DNA of 34,763 nt from Nanobdellota archaeon (GTDB taxonomy: Archaea > Nanobdellota > Nanobdellia > Pacearchaeales > GW2011-AR1): contig JAHIHG010000050.1 of assembly GCA_018898425.1 (NCBI GenBank), positions 1 to 34,763 on the forward strand, read 5' to 3'. Positions within the stretch are counted from its first letter, which is position 1. Every line of letters starts with the position of its first letter. Below are positions 25,648 through 32,810 of this stretch, piece by piece. The position numbers were made by a program, and so were the translations under genes. Under the pieces are notes generated by a model. That model did no database searches. It saw nothing but the letters and a program-made list of their open reading frames with translations, and was not told where the DNA came from.

Positions 25648-26503
25648 TTCCCTTAAGTATTGTTTTCATATCCCACTCGTGGTCTTTTGAAGTTATCATA
25701 AATGTTTTAGCAATATTAAATAAATCTTCTTTTGATAAATTTATTATAATTTTTTCGTTCGATTTTGCCTTTCTTCCAATAAGTGGTTTATTTTCTTTAT
25801 CTTTTAAGGATTTTATCCAAATACAAAAATAGACCATTCCCTGGTAACCTACTGCTCTTTGTTTATGTTTTATTTGTATTTCTGTAAAAAATTTATCATT
25901 CATTCTTTTAATAAATAAGGGAGCATACTCTTCATAATACTCAAAATCCTCTGAAATCTTTTTATTTAAGGATTTTCTTTTAACAGAATATTGAATCTCA
26001 ACATCTATTTTTTCTTCATTAAATTTTAGTAATTCTTCAATTTCTTTTTTGGAGATAACCTTTTCCTGTATAGCTCTTTCAAATAAATCGGCAAGTTCAT
26101 ACATAACATAAGTTTTATTGGCCTTATGTTCTTTTATAATTAAAATTTGATTATGTCTCTCAAAAATCTCTTTTAATTTACTTTTAAAATCTCTTCTTTG
26201 AATTTCTTCTGTTTCTTCAAAGAAATTAATAAGTTCTTGAATTAATTCGTTTGGTTTAAATTCTCTAAAATAATCTTCAATCAATAATTTTTTCTTTTGT
26301 TTGTTCTTCTTAACACTTTTGAATTTATCCCAAAGGGTATCAAAAGGCATAAAATAAGAAATCTGCCATTCAATATAATCCTCCTTAGAAAGTTTATCTT
26401 CTATTTTTAGTGGTTCTCCAAATTCGTTCTTTCTTCTCTTTACTCTTGCTCTCCCTGTTGAAGTTGTAAGAGGTAGTTCATATTTTAAAGTATTTTCTAC
26501 CAT
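25637..26503 (-). CDS. uncharacterised protein, candidate restriction endonuclease/effector of the cassette
   Basis: 288-aa ORF convergent with the methyltransferase, with an 11-nt tail overlap. I could not place a nuclease motif with confidence. Confidence 0.7.
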   Translation of the reverse strand: MVENTLKYELPLTTSTGRARVKRRKNEFGEPLKIEDKLSKEDYIEWQISYFMPFDTLWDKFKSVKKNKQKKKLLIEDYFREFKPNELIQELINFFEETEEIQRRDFKSKLKEIFERHNQILIIKEHKANKTYVMYELADLFERAIQEKVISKKEIEELLKFNEEKIDVEIQYSVKRKSLNKKISEDFEYYEEYAPLFIKRMNDKFFTEIQIKHKQRAVGYQGMVYFCIWIKSLKDKENKPLIGRKAKSNEKIIINLSKEDLFNIAKTFMITSKDHEWDMKTILKGITS

Positions 26504-26504
26504 A

Positions 26505-26684
26505 TTATTTTATCAAACCAATTTCTTTTAGTTTTTGAAGTCTTTCTTGATGTTCTTCTTCTGTTAAAGATTTAGCATTTTTTAGTTCATTAATCTTACT
26601 TTTTCTTAATTCTTCATTTTGTTTAGAAATCCTACCTTGTTTATGTCTTGCCTTATTGAGTTTTGATATACTGGGGGTTGCCAT
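26505..26684 (-). CDS. small basic helical protein, translationally coupled to the 288-aa ORF; below the ORF-track cutoff
   Basis: 59 aa: MATPSISKLNKARHKQGRISKQNEELRKSKINELKNAKSLTEEEHQERLQKLKEIGLIK. Its stop (26507-26505) is 1 nt from the downstream ATG (26503). Confidence 0.55.
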   Translation of the reverse strand: MATPSISKLNKARHKQGRISKQNEELRKSKINELKNAKSLTEEEHQERLQKLKEIGLIK

Positions 26685-26720
26685 AAAAAATTAAATTAAA
26701 AGAAACTTAAAAACCTATCT

Positions 26721-26740
26721 AAAAAGACCAATTAAGGTAA
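26721..26740. repeat. right copy of the perfect 20-bp inverted repeat (aaaaagaccaattaaggtaa)
   Basis: Exact reverse complement of 23524-23543. Lies 36 nt upstream, in the minus sense, of the 59-aa ORF start. Confidence 0.9.
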
Positions 26741-26812
26741 TAACGAAAATACGGAGAAATGTTTAAAAACGAGGTAATTTAGTACATCTATTTTAAATTG
26801 GAGGAAATAAAC

Positions 26813-26878
26813 ATGAGTGACGATGAATGGGAAGATGATGATGACACAGATGATGACTCTGATGACGACGAAGACTGA
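26813..26878 (+). CDS. hyperacidic 21-aa micro-ORF (MSDDEWEDDDDTDDDSDDDED)
   Basis: The ATG is preceded by ggagg (26800-26804) with an 8-nt spacer, complementary to the 16S 3' end cctcc. 17 of 21 residues are D/E. A T-rich tract follows the ORF. Confidence 0.3.
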   Translation: MSDDEWEDDDDTDDDSDDDED

Positions 26879-27000
26879 GTTGTCTTAAATTTTTTCTTTT
26901 AATTTTTATTTTTTTATTGAAAGTTTCTTAAAAAGGTTGAATAAAGGGTTATAAAATATTATGCCCTGAGTGTATAAAAAACCGAAATATTTAAATAGAA

Positions 27001-27020
27001 GTACTCATACTATGTACTCA
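27001..27020 (+). promoter_or_regulatory. direct repeat gtactca (x2) immediately upstream of vapB, candidate operator
   Basis: gtactca occurs at 27001-27007 and 27014-27020. The ATG is at 27022. Confidence 0.35.
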
Positions 27021-27021
27021 G

Positions 27022-27264
27022 ATGGTAAGTGTAAATATTTCAATTAAAAAGGAAGCATATAATTTTTTAAAATCATTAAAAGCAAAAGATGCAAGTTTCT
27101 CAGATGTTATTTTGGAATTCAAGGAGAGAGAAATAGGGAAAAAAGGAAGTAAAGAAAGCGTAATGAAATTTTTTGGTGTATTGAAAAATAAAAATATAGA
27201 CTGGAAAGCCAAAGAAAAAAGAATGGGAGAATTCAGGGAAGAATTTGAAAAAAGATTAAAATGA
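27022..27264 (+). CDS. vapB: VapB-family antitoxin (archaeal putative-antitoxin/DUF217 type)
   Basis: 80 aa. VSVNISIKKEAYNFLKSLKAKDASFSDVILEF matches the I.I.eevY..L...K...eSFSDVI pattern. Overlaps vapC by ATGA. Confidence 0.75.
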   Translation: MVSVNISIKKEAYNFLKSLKAKDASFSDVILEFKEREIGKKGSKESVMKFFGVLKNKNIDWKAKEKRMGEFREEFEKRLK

Positions 27265-27653
27265 TCGGACTAGACACAACTGCAATAATAGACATTTTTA
27301 AAAATGATTTAAAAATTATCAAGTTAATTAATAGTCTTGATAAAACTTTTGCAAGCACAATCATTAATCATCAGGAGATTATGTTTGGATTAGATAATGA
27401 GAATCTTCAACATCTTGAAGAAGAAAAATATTATGATGATTTTTTTAATAACATTTTTGTTTTTTCATTGGAAAAACCATCCTCAAAAAAAGCATCTAAA
27501 ATTTTTTGGGAATTGAAAAAGCAAGGAGAATCTTCTGGAAGATTTGACTGCATGATTGCAGGAATTTTATTATCAAATGGCATTAACACAATTATTACTA
27601 GAAATGTCAAGCATTTTAAAAAAATTAAAAATCTCAAAGTTATTTCTTATTGA
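27261..27653 (+). CDS. vapC: PIN-domain ribonuclease toxin VapC
   Basis: 130 aa with an MIGLDTTAIIDIF N-terminus (first PIN Asp), later acidic residues and a C-terminal ITRNVKHF. 4-nt overlap with vapB. Confidence 0.8.
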   Translation: MIGLDTTAIIDIFKNDLKIIKLINSLDKTFASTIINHQEIMFGLDNENLQHLEEEKYYDDFFNNIFVFSLEKPSSKKASKIFWELKKQGESSGRFDCMIAGILLSNGINTIITRNVKHFKKIKNLKVISY

Positions 27654-27711
27654 AAGTTTTAAAAATAATGTTTTGTTTGGAATTGAAACAGTGATTTTTG
27701 GGAATTTCCCA

Positions 27712-28503
27712 TTATTTTATTAATTTTCCCAATTCTTTTAAAAATAATTTAGCAGTTTCTCTTAATTCTTTTATGCCTTGTTTTTTATAAATTCTAATTA
27801 TTTTGAAATACTCTTTTTGTAATTGCAGAGGTAATTTTCTAGATAATTTTTTTAATTTCTCTCTGTTTTTTCCAACAATAAATCCTTTGTAACAAAAGTA
27901 ATTCATTAATGCGACTTCTATACTAAATACAATTGATTCTTTTTTGTATTGATTAGTCAATTTAATTTTCTGATCAAGCTTTAATTCAAGTTTATTATTT
28001 TTTATTTTATATTGATTATACCAACCAAATCTGCCTTTAATATCTCCTTCAAATTTTTGCAAATCTTTTAACAAGGCTTTTTTTGAGATTTTCTTTAAAC
28101 TTCTTATTTTGTTTAATTGTTTTCCTTTGATAAATTTATAATTATGAAGTGCATTAAACCAAATAGGTTCTCCAATTTTTTTTAACAAATTTAAATCATA
28201 AACCAAAAGATGAAATTGAAGTACTTTTTTGTCTTTTACTTTTTTTGGTTTAATAGGGCCCATGCGTGTTTCAACAATGGCTTTTATTTTTCTTGTTGTT
28301 ATCTCTTTTGCAATTTGCTTGAATTCCTTGAGTAAATTTTTATAAATTTTAGAGTTTAATTTATCAAAAATTATCAAAATATCTATGTCATTTACATTTT
28401 TTATTCTTTTTTTTGGAAATGAACCAAGAATACTAATTGATATTATTGAAGGAGTTTTTATATTAGAAATTTTTTGGTATATTTTTTGTTTGAATTTATT
28501 CAT
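27712..28503 (-). CDS. Pol-beta-superfamily nucleotidyltransferase with a C-terminal helical domain
   Basis: 263 aa. ISILGSFPKKRIKNVNDIDILIIF carries the GS-x(n)-DxD signature. The size and architecture are like KNTase/MNT-type enzymes. Confidence 0.75.
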   Translation of the reverse strand: MNKFKQKIYQKISNIKTPSIISISILGSFPKKRIKNVNDIDILIIFDKLNSKIYKNLLKEFKQIAKEITTRKIKAIVETRMGPIKPKKVKDKKVLQFHLLVYDLNLLKKIGEPIWFNALHNYKFIKGKQLNKIRSLKKISKKALLKDLQKFEGDIKGRFGWYNQYKIKNNKLELKLDQKIKLTNQYKKESIVFSIEVALMNYFCYKGFIVGKNREKLKKLSRKLPLQLQKEYFKIIRIYKKQGIKELRETAKLFLKELGKLIK

Positions 28504-28563
28504 AAGATTCTATTAATTTCAATATTTAAATAATTTTATAAATTGATTCTTGTTTAATAAACT

Positions 28564-29039
28564 ATGAAAATATTGGTTATTGGAGACCCGCATGGAAAAT
28601 TAGGAAAAATCAAAAAACTCAATCTTAAAAATATAGATTTAAAATTAATTACAGGAGATTTGGGAAAAGCGGATTTAGCTAGAAAAAGATTTTTTGAAAA
28701 TTTGGAAAGAAGGGCAAAAAAAGATTGGTAAATGCAAAAAAAGATTCTGCAAAAGCTAAAAAAATTTTAAATCATTTTGGGAAAAATTTAGATATTTTAT
28801 TATGTCATGGTCCCCCAAAAGGATATTTAGATAAAGTAAGCGGGAAGTATGGGGCTCCAAAACGATTTTGGGGTAAGCATGCTGGAAGTAAAATAATTTT
28901 AGATTATATTCTAAAAAAACAACCAAGATATGTTTTTTGTGGACATATTCATGAAGGCAAGGGAAAAACAAAAATTGGAAAGACAGAAGTTTATAATGTT
29001 GGGGTTTCAGGAGATTATGTTTTGCTGGATATTAATTAA
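28564..29039 (+). pseudogene. calcineurin-like metallophosphoesterase, frame-disrupted
   Basis: The N-terminal piece MKILVIGDPHGK...LITGDLGK (28564-28731) stops at TAA 28729. The C-terminal piece (track ORF 28725-29039) carries LLCHGPP and CGHIHEG. The frames differ. gcaaaaaaagatt occurs twice, 20 nt apart (28714-28726 and 28734-28746), and removing 20 nt restores one ORF. Confidence 0.65.
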
Positions 29040-29116
29040 TTTATTTTTTACATCAAGACTGTTTTCATTAGTTAGTTAAGGTAAAACTTTTTAGATAATC
29101 TTATTTTTTAATTAAT

Positions 29117-29368
29117 ATGAATAAATTGGATAAACAACAAATTAAAGAAATAACAAAAAAATTAAAACTTTTTTTTGAAAAATATAGAAAATTAGAGAGT
29201 GAATTTTTTAAAGATAAAGAGAATATTGAAAAGGAAATGTCTAAAAAAATTGGAAAAATGGATTTAGAATTCTTTTATGTTGATGGCGAATGTGTTGGTA
29301 TTGGTGCAGCAAATTGGAATGATAGAAAAGCATGTCCATTAATTCAGAGTTGCGAATTAGAAGATTAA
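29117..29368 (+). CDS. hypothetical protein
   Basis: 83-aa ORF with a coiled-coil-like N-terminus and three Cys in the C-terminal part. No recognisable motif. Confidence 0.5.
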   Translation: MNKLDKQQIKEITKKLKLFFEKYRKLESEFFKDKENIEKEMSKKIGKMDLEFFYVDGECVGIGAANWNDRKACPLIQSCELED

Positions 29369-29398
29369 TCTTATAAATCCTTTATTCTTTTGTAAATT

Positions 29399-29731
29399 AT
29401 GATTGATGATTTCCTATTTCATGAAATATCTGAGAAAGAAAGAAAACAGATTCAAGAGCAGGCAAATTCCATTATTGATGATTTTGCAAAACAGCTTTCT
29501 AAAGTTGATAAAAAAATACAAGAACCTTTGATTGAAAGAGATGAATCTGAACGTGAGGAAGGCACACCGCAGGCGTACCCTGAAAAATTTTCTACGAAAA
29601 TTTTTACTAAGGGCAAAGTAAAAAATTGTGAAATTGACAGAAAAATCATGTTTGATAATGCGCCTGATACCCTGGGGAAGGGTACAAGTCAAAATTCTGA
29701 TTTTATCATTGCGGAGAAGAAAGAATGGTGA
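29399..29731 (+). CDS. GatC-like small subunit (tentative)
   Basis: 110 aa. ISEKERKQIQEQANSIIDDFAKQLSKVDK...PLIERDESE...MFDNAP...DFII resembles the GatC layout (helical N-terminus, R.DE, NAP....f.V) with an inserted segment. First gene of an overlapping three-gene unit that ends with gatA. Confidence 0.45.
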   Translation: MIDDFLFHEISEKERKQIQEQANSIIDDFAKQLSKVDKKIQEPLIERDESEREEGTPQAYPEKFSTKIFTKGKVKNCEIDRKIMFDNAPDTLGKGTSQNSDFIIAEKKEW

Positions 29732-30441
29732 TAATAGACGCACATATGCATTTAGGTTCGATTCCTGATGGAAAAAAGAAATGGGGAAATTTTAGAGAAT
29801 ATAAAATAATCTCTAAAAAATTAGGAATTGAAAAGTATTGTGTAGTTCCAATTGGTTTGCCTAAAAATTTCACTGACAAGTCAACTCCAGATAATGATTC
29901 TGTTTTAAAAGAAGCAGAAAAAAATAAATTAATTATTCCTGTTTATTGGTTTAATGTTTTTGATTTACCTAAAGAGATTAGTGAAAAGTATCAAGCAATT
30001 AAATTGCATTCTGATATCGGGAAAGTGAATATTAGTGATAAAAAAGTTGAAAAATTTGTTAATAAAATTAATTTGCCTGTTTTTGTTCATACAAATGAAG
30101 GTAAGGAATATACAAATTTGGGAGAAGTTTCTAATTTAGCGAAAAAAGTTGATGTGCCAGTGATTGCTGTTCATTCTGGTTCTGTTACTGGAACATTTTT
30201 TAAATTAAATAATTATGATTTTCCAAAAAATGTTTATTTTGAAACTTCTGGAATTCAATATTCTATCATCTTGCAAAAAATTTATGAAAGATTTGGGGCA
30301 AAAAAAATTATTTTTGGGAGTGATTATCCTTTTGGAGATCCAAGGGTTTCTTTAGCAATGATAGATACATTAGAAGCGTCAAAAAAAGATTATAAATTAA
30401 TGACTGAAGGAAACATAAGAAGTATTTTTCAATTAAAATGA
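29725..30441 (+). CDS. TIM-barrel metal-dependent hydrolase (amidohydrolase_2-like)
   Basis: 238 aa with an MVIIDAHMHLG N-terminus and IIFGSDYPFGDP near the C-terminus. Overlaps both neighbours. Confidence 0.75.
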   Translation: MVIIDAHMHLGSIPDGKKKWGNFREYKIISKKLGIEKYCVVPIGLPKNFTDKSTPDNDSVLKEAEKNKLIIPVYWFNVFDLPKEISEKYQAIKLHSDIGKVNISDKKVEKFVNKINLPVFVHTNEGKEYTNLGEVSNLAKKVDVPVIAVHSGSVTGTFFKLNNYDFPKNVYFETSGIQYSIILQKIYERFGAKKIIFGSDYPFGDPRVSLAMIDTLEASKKDYKLMTEGNIRSIFQLK

Positions 30442-31760
30442 ACACTCAACAAAAACTTAAAAAATATCTTGAAGAAATTGAAAAAAATGATAAAAAAGGG
30501 AAAAAGATAAATGCTTTTTTGCAATTAAATTCAGATGCTCTTGAAGATGCAAAAAAAATTGATGAAAAAATTAAAAAAGGTGTTGCAGGCAAGCTTGCTG
30601 GTAAAATAATTGCTGTAAAAGCAAATATCAATGTTAGAGGTATGAATATCTCTTGTGCTTCAAAAGTTCTTGAGAATTATAAAGCGCCTTATAATGCCAC
30701 AGTAATTGAAAAAATAAAAAAACAAGATGGCTTAATTATTGGAATTGCTAATTGCGATGAATTTGCTTGCGGAAGTAGTGGTGAAACTTCTGCTTTTGGA
30801 CCAACAAAAAATCCACAATGTTTAGAATTAATTCCAGGAGGCTCTTCTTCTGGAAGTGCTGCAAGTGTTTCAGCTGATTTTTGTGATATGGCTTTAGGTT
30901 CTGATACAGGGGGAAGCATAAGAAATCCGGCAAGTCATTGCGGAGTTGTTGGGGTGAAACCGACTTACTCAAGTGTTTCAAGATATGGTTTAATTGATTT
31001 AGCCATGAGTTTTGACCAGATTGGACCTTTTGCAAAAAATGTTCTTGATGTATCTTTATTATTAAGTGTTATTCAAGGAAAAAATTTTTGTGATTCAATA
31101 AGCCAGAAAAGTAAAATAATTAATTTAAAAGAAATTGACAAAATCCCACAAAATCTAAAAGTTGGCTTGCTTGATTTTCCTATTCAGGATAATAATATTC
31201 AAAAACTAATTAATAAAAAGATTCAAAAAGCTTGTGAAAAATACAACTGGGAAATTAAAAAAATAAAAATTCCATATCTTGATTTAGCTATAGCAACTTA
31301 TTATCCCCTGGTTTATGTGGAATTTTTTTCAGCAACAAGAAAACTGGATGGTAGAAGATATGGCAAAAAAATTGAAGAGGTTTGCGGTCCAGAGGTTTTA
31401 AGAAGAATTTTAGGCGGAAGCGAAATTGCAAAAGCAGAGCATCAGGGAAGATATTATTATCAGGCACTAAAAGTGAGAAGATTAATTAAAGAAGAGTTTA
31501 GAAAAGCATTTACAAATGTTGATTGCATTATTTCTCCTACTGTTCCAAGATTACCCCATAAAATTAAAGAGAAAATTTCTGTTGAAGAAATGTATGATTA
31601 TGATGCTCTAACAATTCCCTCAAATTTAGCAGGAAATTGTTCTATTTCTATTCCAGTTGGAAAAATTAACAAAATTCCAGTCGGCATGCAAATAATGTGT
31701 GATAAATTTCAAGATGAAAAAATGCTTCAGATTGCAAGAAGCATTGAGAAATTGGGTTAA
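30438..31760 (+). CDS. gatA: amidase-signature glutamyl/aspartyl-tRNA amidotransferase subunit A
   Basis: 440 aa with IAVKANINV (catalytic Lys region) and the amidase signature GGSSSGSAASVSADFCDMALGSDTGGSIRNPASHCGVVGVKPTYSSVSRYGLI. Confidence 0.9.
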   Translation: MNTQQKLKKYLEEIEKNDKKGKKINAFLQLNSDALEDAKKIDEKIKKGVAGKLAGKIIAVKANINVRGMNISCASKVLENYKAPYNATVIEKIKKQDGLIIGIANCDEFACGSSGETSAFGPTKNPQCLELIPGGSSSGSAASVSADFCDMALGSDTGGSIRNPASHCGVVGVKPTYSSVSRYGLIDLAMSFDQIGPFAKNVLDVSLLLSVIQGKNFCDSISQKSKIINLKEIDKIPQNLKVGLLDFPIQDNNIQKLINKKIQKACEKYNWEIKKIKIPYLDLAIATYYPLVYVEFFSATRKLDGRRYGKKIEEVCGPEVLRRILGGSEIAKAEHQGRYYYQALKVRRLIKEEFRKAFTNVDCIISPTVPRLPHKIKEKISVEEMYDYDALTIPSNLAGNCSISIPVGKINKIPVGMQIMCDKFQDEKMLQIARSIEKLG

Positions 31761-32108
31761 TTATTTAAAACAATTGAGTAAAACATTTTCTAATTTTGGT
31801 GCAAAGTATTCATCAACTATATGCTCGGGTAAATAACCCAATAATATTTCAGATAATACTTGTCCTAAAATTTGGGGTCTTTTATGACCTATTCTAATTT
31901 GCTCAGCAATCACTGCTTTTACTGGAAAATACTTTTTTTCTTTTATTTCTAGGATGCTTTCAATTTCACCTGGAAAGATTAAATTTTCTTGCCCTTTATC
32001 CCCAAATGAAGCAGAATTCATTGTGAGATAATATTTTTTGTTAGGTGCATAAATTCTTATATAGGGATTATAAATCTCTCCCCCAGTTATTTCATCTGTT
32101 AGACTCAT
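31761..32108 (-). CDS. hypothetical protein
   Basis: 115-aa ORF, tail-to-tail with gatA with no gap. No recognisable motif. Confidence 0.55.
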   Translation of the reverse strand: MSLTDEITGGEIYNPYIRIYAPNKKYYLTMNSASFGDKGQENLIFPGEIESILEIKEKKYFPVKAVIAEQIRIGHKRPQILGQVLSEILLGYLPEHIVDEYFAPKLENVLLNCFK

Positions 32109-32152
32109 AATTAATCATAATTTTTTGAGTTTTTAATATTTTGTATGGATAA

Positions 32153-32758
32153 TTATGTATTTTCTGTGATCAGTGTCTTAATTTTTATTTCTTTATTTAA
32201 ATCATTTTTTAAAAGATTATAGTCACTGTTTATTATTTCTTTTTTGTATTTATTAATGTCTATGTATTTTAATTTGTCTTTTGTTTTTGCACTAGTTAAA
32301 ATTAAAAGAAAACTATGAATTGTTCTGTCTTGCTTTTTAACATGTTCCAAAGAAATAGAATTGATTTTTATAAATTCAGCATTAATATTTAATTTTTCTT
32401 TCATTATTCTTTTTACAGCTTTTTTTATGCTTTCTTTTTCAAGCATTCTTCCTCCTGGAAGAGAAAGCTTGTCTTTAAAAGGTCTTTTTTGCCGTTTATA
32501 TAAAAATATGTTTTTGTTTTTTTTAATAGAAATTAAGATTACTGGAAGAATTGAATTTTTTGCAGAGAGATATGGAATTAATGATTCTACTATTTCTGAA
32601 AGTTGATAATAATCTTTGTTTTTAATTAAAATTTCTTTTTGTTCAAGTTTTTTTAAATGATATGCTAATTTATTTGAACGAATTTTTAATAATTTTTCAA
32701 TTTCATTAAATCTGAGTTTATTATTATATAAAAATACAGAAAGTATTTTGTTTTTCAT
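32153..32758 (-). CDS. winged-HTH (ArsR-like) fused to a degenerate Nudix domain, putative ligand-sensing regulator
   Basis: N-terminus: FNEIEKLLKIRSNKLAYHLKKLEQKEILIK. Nudix box: GGRMLEKESIKKAVKRIMKEKLNI, in which REUxEE has become RIMKEK (two catalytic Glu lost). Confidence 0.75.
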   Translation of the reverse strand: MKNKILSVFLYNNKLRFNEIEKLLKIRSNKLAYHLKKLEQKEILIKNKDYYQLSEIVESLIPYLSAKNSILPVILISIKKNKNIFLYKRQKRPFKDKLSLPGGRMLEKESIKKAVKRIMKEKLNINAEFIKINSISLEHVKKQDRTIHSFLLILTSAKTKDKLKYIDINKYKKEIINSDYNLLKNDLNKEIKIKTLITENT

Positions 32759-32810
32759 AGGTCAATTTTTTTGAGGAACTATTTAAATATAATTGTAATA
32801 AAGTTTTTCC

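Noticed and set aside
23500-26760. Target-site duplication flanking the 20-bp inverted repeats
   Set aside because: The sequences immediately outside the repeats (gactttg / taacgaa) share no direct repeat. Transposition therefore cannot be supported from this feature.
29414-29743. Minus-strand ORFs 29414-29743 and 29452-29649
   Set aside because: They are antisense to the gatC-like ORF, which is the first gene of an overlapping operon.
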